From IMG/VR virus record IMGVR_UViG_3300012953_000060, positions 1 through 41,862 of that record: a DNA stretch of 41,862 bases; one strand, 5' to 3'. Below the pieces are notes generated by a model, which did no database searches, was not told the DNA's origin, and was given only the letters and a program-made list of their open reading frames with translations. Positions 1-7,569 of the stretch are shown here, in pieces. Numbering within the stretch: the first letter of the stretch is position 1; each line of letters begins with the position of its first letter. The stretch is from a virus (lineage: Duplodnaviria; Caudoviricetes). A program made the position numbers and the translations under genes.

Positions 1-24
1 CCGAGGAGGCGCTCAGAAACGAAA

Positions 25-95
25 CCACTTAACAAAGTGGCACAAACGCTACACCATTACCGCCACTTTTATGGTTATAATGGACCTATAAACAA
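25..95 (+). promoter_or_regulatory. Early-type promoter element, copy 1 (hairpin + CACCATT-N17-TATAAT)
   Basis: Hairpin CCACTT-aaca-AAGTGG at 25-40, CACCATT 52-58, TATAAT 76-81, TATAAACAA 87-95. Same layout as 978-1061. Confidence 0.65.
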
Positions 96-112
96 ATTAA
101 TCAATTAATTTT

Positions 113-325
113 ATGTCATTTTTCAATTACGTTGACCACTTAGACTACGAACTAACAAACGAAGATATGCTCCGTTGTTGCTATGATGAGGTCGTTGCTG
201 AGGCGAAAGATACTGGCGACTATCCAATGTATGGCGAAGCAGCACTATGGAGTGCCGCTTCCTTTAAACTTGAAGATTTCAAGAATTGGATGCGCCCTTT
301 ATTCTATGATGTAAATGAGGACTAG
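113..325 (+). CDS. Small acidic hypothetical phage protein (70 aa)
   Basis: ATG downstream of the TATAAT element. Acidic/aromatic composition typical of cyanophage early ORFs. Confidence 0.75.
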   Translation: MSFFNYVDHLDYELTNEDMLRCCYDEVVAEAKDTGDYPMYGEAALWSAASFKLEDFKNWMRPLFYDVNED

Positions 326-476
326 TCCCGAACAGCACGAGGTGCTGTATTCCAAAATCTATGAACTAGTTGAGCTAGACATAGATTTTGAAGTGGATGA
401 TGAGGACCTATTAAATGCATGTAGGTCCGTTATCTGGAATCTGGAACTAGATAAACGATTCTATCATACAAATTGA
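315..476 (+). CDS. Hypothetical protein (53 aa, MRTSPEQHEVLYSKIYELVELD...)
   Basis: Translated by hand. Overlaps the previous stop and fills the gap to the next promoter. Absent from the ORF track (<60 aa). Confidence 0.65.
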   Translation: MRTSPEQHEVLYSKIYELVELDIDFEVDDEDLLNACRSVIWNLELDKRFYHTN

Positions 477-502
477 ATTGTTACAAATTGTTTCAGTACC
501 CA

Positions 503-545
503 CACAAACGCTAATTTAATCGCCAAACTCCATTATAATAGCCGT
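503..545 (+). promoter_or_regulatory. Early-type promoter element, copy 2
   Basis: CACAAACGCT 503-512 (identical to 41-50), CGCCA 521-525, TATAAT 534-539. ATG only 6 nt downstream, so probably a leaderless mRNA. Confidence 0.6.
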
Positions 546-725
546 ATGAGTACAATTCAACACGAATCAATTCTTGAAACCTGTCTAGAACAGGCTATCG
601 AGAATTTCAGAGTTCACAACGAACTTACCGCCAAACAAATGGACGAATTAATAGTTTGCTCCGCTGGCACACGCCTTGCTCTTGAAAAGCAGGCAGATAA
701 ACTATTCGAGGAACTTTGCCAATGA
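546..725 (+). CDS. Hypothetical protein (59 aa, MSTIQHESILETCLEQA...)
   Basis: Translated by hand. Stop overlaps the next start (ATGA at 722-725). Confidence 0.75.
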   Translation: MSTIQHESILETCLEQAIENFRVHNELTAKQMDELIVCSAGTRLALEKQADKLFEELCQ

Positions 726-973
726 ACGAAAATTTCTTAGATTTCGTTGACTACTGCTATAGCTTCTATGGAGCAGAAGATGCCCTCTATCCAATGGGCG
801 TAACCAAAGAACAGATAGCATATGCTACGCTAATGTATTTGGACGCTTGTGCCTACTATGATAAAAACAAAGGCATCGGCGCTCCTGCTGTATGGGGCGA
901 TGGCGATTCACTAGACAGAGAGAGAGTAAGGGATATCATGCGCCAAAGGTATTCTATACCACAAGCGGTATAG
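722..973 (+). CDS. Conserved-looking cyanophage hypothetical protein (83 aa, MNENFLDFVDYCYSFYG...GDSLDRERVRD)
   Basis: ATGA coupling with the upstream ORF favours ATG 722 over TTG 716. Confidence 0.8.
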   Translation: MNENFLDFVDYCYSFYGAEDALYPMGVTKEQIAYATLMYLDACAYYDKNKGIGAPAVWGDGDSLDRERVRDIMRQRYSIPQAV

Positions 974-977
974 ATTC

Positions 978-1061
978 GGTGACAATGTGTGCCACTAATA
1001 TTTCTGGCACACACAATCACCATTCCGTTTGCTATTGACGTTATAATAGCTGTATAAACAA
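978..1061 (+). promoter_or_regulatory. Early-type promoter element, copy 3, with long stem-loop
   Basis: Inverted repeat GGTGA..TGTGTGCCA (978-994) / TGGCACACA..TCACC (1005-1021), CACCATT 1018-1024, TATAAT 1042-1047, TATAAACAA 1053-1061. Confidence 0.7.
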
Positions 1062-1078
1062 TCAAACATCTTATTCAA

Positions 1079-1297
1079 ATGAGACTTTCCCCAATCGGAT
1101 CAAACATGACAGAGGTAGAAACCGACAATGCTCGTGTTTTGTTTTCATACCGCACACCAGTTGCTGCTTACATCTTCGGCGAGGGTTTCGTCAAGTCCTC
1201 TACATGGTACAGCACAACAACTTCCCGCCATATCAACAAATGGGGTGCTAAAGAAGGTAAAGAAGTAGACCAAAAAATCCTCGATGCATTATGCTAG
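1079..1297 (+). CDS. Conserved-looking phage hypothetical protein (72 aa, ...VLFSYRTPVAA...STTTSRHINKW)
   Basis: First ORF after promoter copy 3. The FSYxTPVA / TTSRHIN pattern is familiar from small marine phage proteins. Confidence 0.8.
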   Translation: MRLSPIGSNMTEVETDNARVLFSYRTPVAAYIFGEGFVKSSTWYSTTTSRHINKWGAKEGKEVDQKILDALC

Positions 1298-1434
1298 AGG
1301 ATTTCTTCACGGATGAGGAATTGTCCGCTATCGAGTCAATGTGCCATGACTACGCCGACTACGGCGATGAGCAGGCAGAAGTTGCTGACTCAATCATTGC
1401 TAAAATCTACTTGCCCCCTAAAACAAATGCTTGA
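1291..1434 (+). CDS. Small acidic hypothetical protein (47 aa, MLEDFFTDEELSAIESM...)
   Basis: Translated by hand. Overlaps the upstream stop and looks more protein-like than the alternative frame 1313..1504. Confidence 0.65.
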   Translation: MLEDFFTDEELSAIESMCHDYADYGDEQAEVADSIIAKIYLPPKTNA

Positions 1435-1504
1435 AGTATGGATTGCCATCTTTTGCTTGATGGCGACTAATTATGCCCTTTCTATTTTTGGTTTATCACT
1501 ATGA
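1427..1504 (+). CDS. Putative 25-aa single-helix membrane peptide (MLEVWIAIFCLMATNYALSIFGLSL)
   Basis: Overlapping start/stop on both sides (ATGCTTGA, ATGA). Hydrophobic. Confidence 0.45.
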   Translation: MLEVWIAIFCLMATNYALSIFGLSL

Positions 1505-1629
1505 ACGAACTCGCCGACATTTTTGGTGCTGACTCTGAAGAAGCACTGCTCTTAGGACAGTTAGATGCTGCCGCCGTCTTTATGGAAGAGGACTTTGATC
1601 CTACACCTGGCACGGAGGACTATGCTTAG
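1501..1629 (+). CDS. Small acidic hypothetical protein (42 aa, MNELADIFGADSEEALLLG...)
   Basis: Translated by hand. ATGA coupling at 1501-1504. Confidence 0.55.
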   Translation: MNELADIFGADSEEALLLGQLDAAAVFMEEDFDPTPGTEDYA

Positions 1630-1692
1630 CCCAGAGGCATACGAAATACTCAAAGACCCAAGCCCCACTATTGAATTCTATTTTCTAACAAC

Positions 1693-1857
1693 ATGGCATC
1701 AAGCACAAAAACCACCGTCCGCTACTGGTTCAATCAGCAACCACAGGCACGCTACATCTCATTCCAAGCCTACGGGCATGCCTTAGAGTATGTGGAGAAT
1801 GTTACAAAACTTGAAGATCCAGACTGGCGAGCAGAGATTGTACCTTATGCCGTCTAG
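1693..1857 (+). CDS. Hypothetical protein (54 aa, MASSTKTTVRYWFNQQPQARYISF...)
   Basis: Translated by hand. AT-rich leader, protein-like composition. Confidence 0.6.
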   Translation: MASSTKTTVRYWFNQQPQARYISFQAYGHALEYVENVTKLEDPDWRAEIVPYAV

Positions 1858-1882
1858 AATGAATACAGTTAAAACATCACAC

Positions 1883-2104
1883 ATGAACATCGCCGAATCT
1901 AGGGAACATCTCATAGCACAGGGCTATACAGTTAAAGTGCTAAGACCTCGCCGCCCTAGAAAAGGCGAGCTAGTCATGAGTATGACAAAAGGCACACGGA
2001 CTAACACAAACCGCAGAGGGCAAGCCTACTCATCTCATGCCCTTAGACCAGATTGCTCTATCATCTCAGGACCTGAGGGCAGCTATTATAAGACATCTGG
2101 CTAA
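1883..2104 (+). CDS. Basic hypothetical protein (73 aa, MNIAESREHLIAQGYTVKVLRPRRPRKG...)
   Basis: 3' part of track ORF 1790..2104. Start moved to ATG 1883 to avoid overlap with 1693..1857. Confidence 0.65.
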   Translation: MNIAESREHLIAQGYTVKVLRPRRPRKGELVMSMTKGTRTNTNRRGQAYSSHALRPDCSIISGPEGSYYKTSG

Positions 2105-2133
2105 CAAACGTCAACAAGAGGGCCAGGGCCAGT

Positions 2134-2157
2134 ATGGGGGGTTCATACCCCCCCCAT
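2134..2157. other. G-tract/C-tract hairpin at the end of the early gene cluster
   Basis: ATGGGGGG (2134-2141), TTCATACC loop, CCCCCCAT (2150-2157). No U-tract follows. Confidence 0.6.
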
Positions 2158-2206
2158 GGCGAAAACCGCTGACTCCCCTAATCTATAACGGACCAAACTC
2201 GAATGC

Positions 2207-2214
2207 TATAAATA
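2207..2214 (+). promoter_or_regulatory. T4-type late promoter TATAAATA
   Basis: Exact gp55 late -10 consensus, intergenic, upstream of the structural module. Flanked by CTCGA/TCGAG inverted repeat. Confidence 0.6.
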
Positions 2215-2375
2215 TCGAGATTTGAAAAATTTTTCGCCAGAAAAATCCGTCTGAGGCCTCGATGAATCCCCTTACATACCCCATATCCGTACATTCTGAC
2301 AGAACGAGAAAATAAGAAGATTAAAAAGTAAGTATCACTATATAATTTTAGTATTACACTATACAATATACTTAC

Positions 2376-2558
2376 ATGTCGAATTTTGAAACAAGCACAG
2401 AAATACTCTTTGATGAAGTAGACGAAAATCATTCAGTGGCAATACCAGAGGATCTCTTAGAAGAATTAGATTGGAAAGAAGGCGATATTTTGGAATGGGA
2501 ATATCATGACTATAATGGACTTCCAGGCCTTCGCCTACATAAAGTAGGCGATGATTGA
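2376..2558 (+). CDS. AbrB/MazE/SpoVT-like DNA-binding protein
   Basis: Signature VAIPEDLLEELDWKEGDILEW of the swapped-hairpin AbrB fold. Confidence 0.75.
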   Translation: MSNFETSTEILFDEVDENHSVAIPEDLLEELDWKEGDILEWEYHDYNGLPGLRLHKVGDD

Positions 2559-2635
2559 GAGGGTTCTCTCGAACTACTTAAAGGAATACTCTAAGATTCT
2601 CTCAGGCATACGGCACGTAGCGTTTTTCATATAAT

Positions 2636-5600
2636 ATGAGTACTGCAAACTCTGGTTTAAATTGTTCTAATACGAAGGAGGAAGTTACAGCTTCTGTTCT
2701 GATTAAATGTCCTTCGACTAATAATAATGCAACCTATAGTCAAAGACTTGGAACTTCCTATAATTATACCGAATCTGTCTATAACGAGGTTCAAGGAATT
2801 ACTTTGTCGAATGGAACCTTAAGAGAGCAATGGGATACTTCGGGTGATCCAAGATTTCAACAATATAACGTAGACACTGGCGCAGCGATTTTCGAGAACT
2901 ATTGTAGAATGGATAAAGGTATCGATGAAGGATACTTCTATCATCTATGGAATTTCCCTGCAAGTCATCAATCCGTAAAAGATATTTTAGTTAAGTATGT
3001 ACCAATCTGTTTAGACTCGGATGGAGATCCAACTACAAACTGTAGTGGGTCAGCTTATTCTGCAGCAACAGGTGGTTCATGTACAAGAAAAGCAAAGATA
3101 ACCAATAATTTTACATTAGATCGAGTTGATATTGATATTAGTGGTCTACCTACAGATGAAGAACCTTATGTTTATAAGGCGGGAACACGAGATGCTGCAA
3201 TCATCTTTACATATAAAACTGATACCAGAACTGTAATTAAAGCTGGAGATGTCATTAACGGTCATACAGTGACCTCTGTAGCGAACTTTTGTGATACTCG
3301 TACCGAACAAAAGAGAATCCATCGAATTATCGGTGATTCTGCCTTTATACTCAATAATGTAACCAATATACAGGTTGGGGATGTGATTCGAGGATTTATG
3401 GGTGATGAGACTCAATTTCCTACAGGTTTAACCATTAAGACAATCAATACCTCTACAAATCGAATTGACTTAAACTTACCAAGTGGATTCTTAGGATTTA
3501 ATCGAACAAAAAGAAGAAAACTTAGAAACATTACAGTTACCGCAGCAGAACCAAATAAAATACCGAGTACTAACTATTGCTTTGCGTCTTTAGCAACAAA
3601 TGTAACTCTTGGAAATAAACAACTTGCATTTAGAATTGAAGGGCCTGGAATACATGATAATGACTGGAAGTACAATACTAACCTCAATGGTAACTGGACA
3701 AATCAAAAAGTGTTCAATGAGGGTGGAAATGCGATCTTTAATTCTACAGATACAAGAACATATACAATTACAAAGGGTGGTGCAACTATTACTGTTGTGG
3801 CAGAAGTCATAAATGATGGTGGAGAGTATGATTCAAATTGGTATATTTCCAGTTGGACTGGTGAACTTCCTGATATAGGTACAACTTTTCAGTCTACACA
3901 GAACGGAGGACGAGGAAATGTTGTCATTAAGTTCAAGGTTGAGGGTACACCTGATACAATTACGACTGATGGAGGTGACTTTACAAAGGATGCTGAGTAT
4001 ACAGGAAGTCTTTCTAGTGCAGTTATTAACGTAAGAGCGGGTTGGGGTATCATAGATCGTGCAGCAATGGTCGGAATTATCGTAAGTAAACGTAAAGATG
4101 TACTCTATGAACCTATTTTTACGAAAGATGATAACATTATTGGTGACGATTTAAATTTATTGAAGCAAAATTTCCCAGGCTTGAACGATTTAACCGATAT
4201 TACAAACGCAGAGTTCCTTCCTGTTGTCGTAGATAGTCCTTGTGATCCTTATTTGACTCCAAATACAGAGATTCCGACTAATGTGGGTACAGCAGATAAC
4301 AATACTTCCTTAGTTTCAAGTAATAATTCGACTGTAAGTGATAAAATTAGTGCAAAAATAGATGAATTAGCAGGTACTTCCTCCGTAACGGACATTTCTG
4401 ATGCGATTCAGAACATTACTATTGCAGAAACATCAGTAAATACAGTAAATAACAACTTATCAGAGGATGTAAAGACCAATATTGCGAATATTAGAGGAAA
4501 AGAGGCTGGCGATAACAATGAAGTTGGACTTACTACGAAGCAAGACACAAGTGTAAACACTCTAATCACGAATATTCTTGATAAATTCAAGGAAATTCCC
4601 GATGATATGAATACATTAGTACCAGATCACGTTCCAACCTTCGCAAATCAGGTAGATGGAGAGAATATTGGTGAAGTTGAGCTTAGAAAGAGCGCATTTC
4701 GTGATCTTCCTGTAAAACAAGACGGAATGTACTTTCTTGTAGAGGATCTTTCGTTTGTAGATAGTTCTTATGAGAATATTGGTAAAAATGCGAATAGAGA
4801 TACGATTACTGCGAGTGTATTACCTCGATGGTTGTATGGAAGTCCTACAGTTGGTACAGAAGTTGCTGGAGAGACCGAAATTGTCATTTCAGGCACTTCA
4901 TTAGGTGGTGTAAGTCCAACTAATGACCTAAAAATACTTGTAGTGGGTGTAAATGACTCAACAGGTGCAATTACACAGTATGAATTAGCAACTGACTCCG
5001 TTCCTAAACTCGCATATACATCAACATCTCCTTCTTCACAACCTACACAAGCAAATAGGACAACTTTTAACGTAACTTCGTCTGGAGGATCATATACTGC
5101 AACAATTAATACATCTGCGACAAATGCTGCAAATAGAGTAGGTCAACAATTCATCATTAGAGGAGGTCTATTAGGTGGATCTGATGGAACTAATACAAAT
5201 GATCAGAATGACTGCTTTATAACCGTTACAGGGGTCACTGGTACTACTATAACTACATTTGATGTTACTGGTACTTCTACAGGGTCAGCTACTTTTACTG
5301 GTGTATCAGCAACTATTGTAAATGGAACTTTTGATGTCGGTGTTTCATGGTTGAGTACATCAAGTACTACTGATGACGTATATACCGTGCAAGTTACCCA
5401 AGAAAAAGCGGGAAGAGGGTTTTTAGTGGGTGACGTACTCCGAATCAACGGAAGTACACTTGGAGGAACAAATACTACCCATGATCTTGATATTACGGTA
5501 ACTGCGGTTGACTATGTGGGTGGAATCTCGGAATTGACCTTTACTGGCACTCCAGAGACACTCTATACAGGTGTTAGTGGTACAAACACTGACGGAAAGA

Positions 5601-6625
5601 ACGGATCTGGTGCGACATTTGATGTATTAAAGGGTACATCTTCTACTGGTGATGCGTTATACATTGTAAATGTTGCAAGTGCTGGTACTCTTTATAATAC
5701 AGTTTCGCAACCATCTGGAATGTCGATTAGTGTAGATGATGCTCGTAGAGGTAGAATGAGTGTATCGGGTGGAAACTTAAATGACTTCCCTACTAACTTT
5801 ACGATTACCTTTTCTAGTAATGCACCTTCTCCCCTTCAGAATGGTACTGCATACGGTGCTGTCAAAGCAAGTAGTACTCAATTCTTTTTATATTATCCGA
5901 CAATTGTAAATGGTATTCAAGTTCCAGTCACTTCTACTGGTAGATATCAGTTTATGACCGCAAGAGTGCGTTTTAGTAGTAGTGCAACTAATATTACTAC
6001 TTTTTCTATTGGTTTGAATCAAATTTCGCAAACTGTTAACTATTACACTGGTACTGGTCTTACAAATTACGTTAAGGATATTGATTTGAGTGGTGCTGCT
6101 GAAATATATCCGAATAAATCATGGAAAGGTGCGGATTATGAGTATAGAAGCACTTATTTTAAAGAATATGAGTTTGATATGATTCCATTGTCGGAAAATG
6201 TATCAAAAGCAAGTTTTAATAAAGGAAATCCACTCCAGTTAGAATCGATTACCTCAAAATTAACTCAAGAGTTGAAACCAACCGATATTTCAATCAAAGT
6301 TGAAGATACAAGTCAGTTTTTAAGTTCTGGATATCTATTAATACCTAAATGGGTAAGAAAAACAGAAATTTACCTAGATTTAGGTACTGGAAGTAATCAA
6401 ACTAGAAATGAACGTAATAATTATTTCTATGATGGAGAAGAGATTATATTTTACAGTTCCAAGACCAGCACTGAGTTTCAAGGTATTAAGAGGTCTAGAT
6501 TTAACTCTGATGCATTATTCACAACTACTATGGAGCCTTATGCGAAAAGTGGTGGTATTGTAAATAGTTATCAAAAGGGATATTCAGTTCAACAATATTG
6601 GCCATACCAAGTAGGAGCGGATTAA
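2636..6625 (+). CDS. Large virion structural protein (1329 aa), probably baseplate/spike-associated
   Basis: Thr/Gly/Ser-rich beta repeats (IxGxxLGG...DxxIxV, three copies). C-terminal module (IKVEDTSQF..GYLLI..EIIFYSSK..FQGIKR) also found in gp7 and the VrlC-like protein. Abuts the PAAR-like gene. Confidence 0.75.
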   Translation: MSTANSGLNCSNTKEEVTASVLIKCPSTNNNATYSQRLGTSYNYTESVYNEVQGITLSNGTLREQWDTSGDPRFQQYNVDTGAAIFENYCRMDKGIDEGYFYHLWNFPASHQSVKDILVKYVPICLDSDGDPTTNCSGSAYSAATGGSCTRKAKITNNFTLDRVDIDISGLPTDEEPYVYKAGTRDAAIIFTYKTDTRTVIKAGDVINGHTVTSVANFCDTRTEQKRIHRIIGDSAFILNNVTNIQVGDVIRGFMGDETQFPTGLTIKTINTSTNRIDLNLPSGFLGFNRTKRRKLRNITVTAAEPNKIPSTNYCFASLATNVTLGNKQLAFRIEGPGIHDNDWKYNTNLNGNWTNQKVFNEGGNAIFNSTDTRTYTITKGGATITVVAEVINDGGEYDSNWYISSWTGELPDIGTTFQSTQNGGRGNVVIKFKVEGTPDTITTDGGDFTKDAEYTGSLSSAVINVRAGWGIIDRAAMVGIIVSKRKDVLYEPIFTKDDNIIGDDLNLLKQNFPGLNDLTDITNAEFLPVVVDSPCDPYLTPNTEIPTNVGTADNNTSLVSSNNSTVSDKISAKIDELAGTSSVTDISDAIQNITIAETSVNTVNNNLSEDVKTNIANIRGKEAGDNNEVGLTTKQDTSVNTLITNILDKFKEIPDDMNTLVPDHVPTFANQVDGENIGEVELRKSAFRDLPVKQDGMYFLVEDLSFVDSSYENIGKNANRDTITASVLPRWLYGSPTVGTEVAGETEIVISGTSLGGVSPTNDLKILVVGVNDSTGAITQYELATDSVPKLAYTSTSPSSQPTQANRTTFNVTSSGGSYTATINTSATNAANRVGQQFIIRGGLLGGSDGTNTNDQNDCFITVTGVTGTTITTFDVTGTSTGSATFTGVSATIVNGTFDVGVSWLSTSSTTDDVYTVQVTQEKAGRGFLVGDVLRINGSTLGGTNTTHDLDITVTAVDYVGGISELTFTGTPETLYTGVSGTNTDGKNGSGATFDVLKGTSSTGDALYIVNVASAGTLYNTVSQPSGMSISVDDARRGRMSVSGGNLNDFPTNFTITFSSNAPSPLQNGTAYGAVKASSTQFFLYYPTIVNGIQVPVTSTGRYQFMTARVRFSSSATNITTFSIGLNQISQTVNYYTGTGLTNYVKDIDLSGAAEIYPNKSWKGADYEYRSTYFKEYEFDMIPLSENVSKASFNKGNPLQLESITSKLTQELKPTDISIKVEDTSQFLSSGYLLIPKWVRKTEIYLDLGTGSNQTRNERNNYFYDGEEIIFYSSKTSTEFQGIKRSRFNSDALFTTTMEPYAKSGGIVNSYQKGYSVQQYWPYQVGAD

Positions 6626-6952
6626 ATGAGACCAGTACAAGTCATAGGTGGAGCAGATAGTAGTTCTGTACTAGGATGTTGTAAATGCTTTCCATTTGTT
6701 GTAGTACCAGTAGTACAAAAACAGTTTCACACAGGACTTCCAGTAGGTAGCACAGGACAACCTCTAGTGCCTGCGCCTGGCATAAACTGTTGCGGTTTTG
6801 GATGTAGACCTTGTGTTTGTCCTAGAGTTATGGTTGGAGTAGGTAAAACTTTTATAACAGGTAGAAATTTCTCTCACTTGGGAGATCCTAACCCACCTTC
6901 CGTTCCACGTTTGAACGTTGCAACACCAGCTCCTAAATTTCTTTACGCATGA
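6626..6952 (+). CDS. Divergent Cys-rich PAAR-like (gp5.4-like) spike-tip protein
   Basis: About 100 aa with PAAR-like half repeats (FHTGLPVGSTGQ; KTFITGRNFSHLGD) and 8 Cys. Lies upstream of gp25, as in cyanomyoviruses. Confidence 0.6.
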   Translation: MRPVQVIGGADSSSVLGCCKCFPFVVVPVVQKQFHTGLPVGSTGQPLVPAPGINCCGFGCRPCVCPRVMVGVGKTFITGRNFSHLGDPNPPSVPRLNVATPAPKFLYA

Positions 6953-6953
6953 G

Positions 6954-6982
6954 TTTACAACTAACAATTTATGTGTTATAAT
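6954..6982 (+). promoter_or_regulatory. Sigma70-type (early) promoter
   Basis: TTTACA 6954-6959, 17-bp spacer, extended -10 TGtTATAAT (TATAAT at 6977-6982). Confidence 0.8.
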
Positions 6983-7005
6983 AAATCAAATTTTAAATTG
7001 TACTA

Positions 7006-7146
7006 ATGGCAGTTCGTTTTAATCCTGGCACACCAACAATAGAAGCAAAACCAAAGAAATCCAGACAAGGTAACGGAAAACATTCTAAATATTCCGCTAC
7101 TAGTAAAAACAACAAACGTAAACCTTACCGAGGACAAGGAAAATAG
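7006..7146 (+). CDS. Small Lys/Arg-rich cyanophage protein (46 aa, ...PKKSRQGNGKHSKYSATSKNNKRKPYRGQGK)
   Basis: Translated by hand. First ORF after the promoter. The KKSRQG...YRGQG pattern is typical of T4-like marine phages near gp25. Confidence 0.8.
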   Translation: MAVRFNPGTPTIEAKPKKSRQGNGKHSKYSATSKNNKRKPYRGQGK

Positions 7147-7149
7147 TTT

Positions 7150-7326
7150 ATGCGAATCCAAATTTGGTACTCTGAACATATGAAAGAGTGGAGATGGTCT
7201 TTATACACAAGAAAATATGCAAAAAATGGGGATGCAACACAGTTAACAGGATCAGCACCAAAAATAAGGGATGCAATGGAAGATGTTTCCAATCGAGTTG
7301 AGTATTTAACTAAACAATACATTTGA
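7150..7326 (+). CDS. Hypothetical protein (58 aa, MRIQIWYSEHMKEWRWSLY...)
   Basis: Translated by hand. Packs tightly between its neighbours. Confidence 0.75.
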   Translation: MRIQIWYSEHMKEWRWSLYTRKYAKNGDATQLTGSAPKIRDAMEDVSNRVEYLTKQYI

Positions 7327-7333
7327 AAAAATT

Positions 7334-7567
7334 ATGACAACGAAACGTGAAAAAGTAAGGGCTCAAGTAAAGTCCAGATGGTATTATATTTTTTGGGGTG
7401 CTGCAACTGTATCCGTCTTTGCTGGACAATGGTACGTTGGAAGTGGCTTTCGTAGAATGGCAGAAACTGGTGATGCAATATCTGCTGATATTAATTTACT
7501 TGTGGAAGTTCTTACTGAACCTAGACCTCGTACAGCGCCAGCTAACATAGATGATAATTTTATATAA
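7334..7567 (+). CDS. Hypothetical single-pass membrane protein (77 aa)
   Basis: Basic N-terminus followed by the hydrophobic segment WYYIFWGAATVSVFAGQWYVG. Confidence 0.75.
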   Translation: MTTKREKVRAQVKSRWYYIFWGAATVSVFAGQWYVGSGFRRMAETGDAISADINLLVEVLTEPRPRTAPANIDDNFI

Positions 7568-7569
7568 TC

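Noticed and set aside
1313-1882. Track ORFs 1313..1504, 1565..1786 and the 5' part of 1790..2104 as given
   Set aside because: A tiling of coupled, more protein-like ORFs in other frames (1291, 1427, 1501, 1693, 1883) explains the region better. A short ORF from ATG 1622 cannot be fully excluded.
2037-2432. ORFs 2037..2225 (+), 2178..2432 (-) and a 17-codon ORF at 2262..2315
   Set aside because: They run through the structured junction and promoter region and have no protein-like features.
2557-2628. Short hairpins GAGAG/CTCTC and ACG/CGT-TTTT as terminators
   Set aside because: Stems are only 3-5 bp and the stronger one lacks a U-tract.
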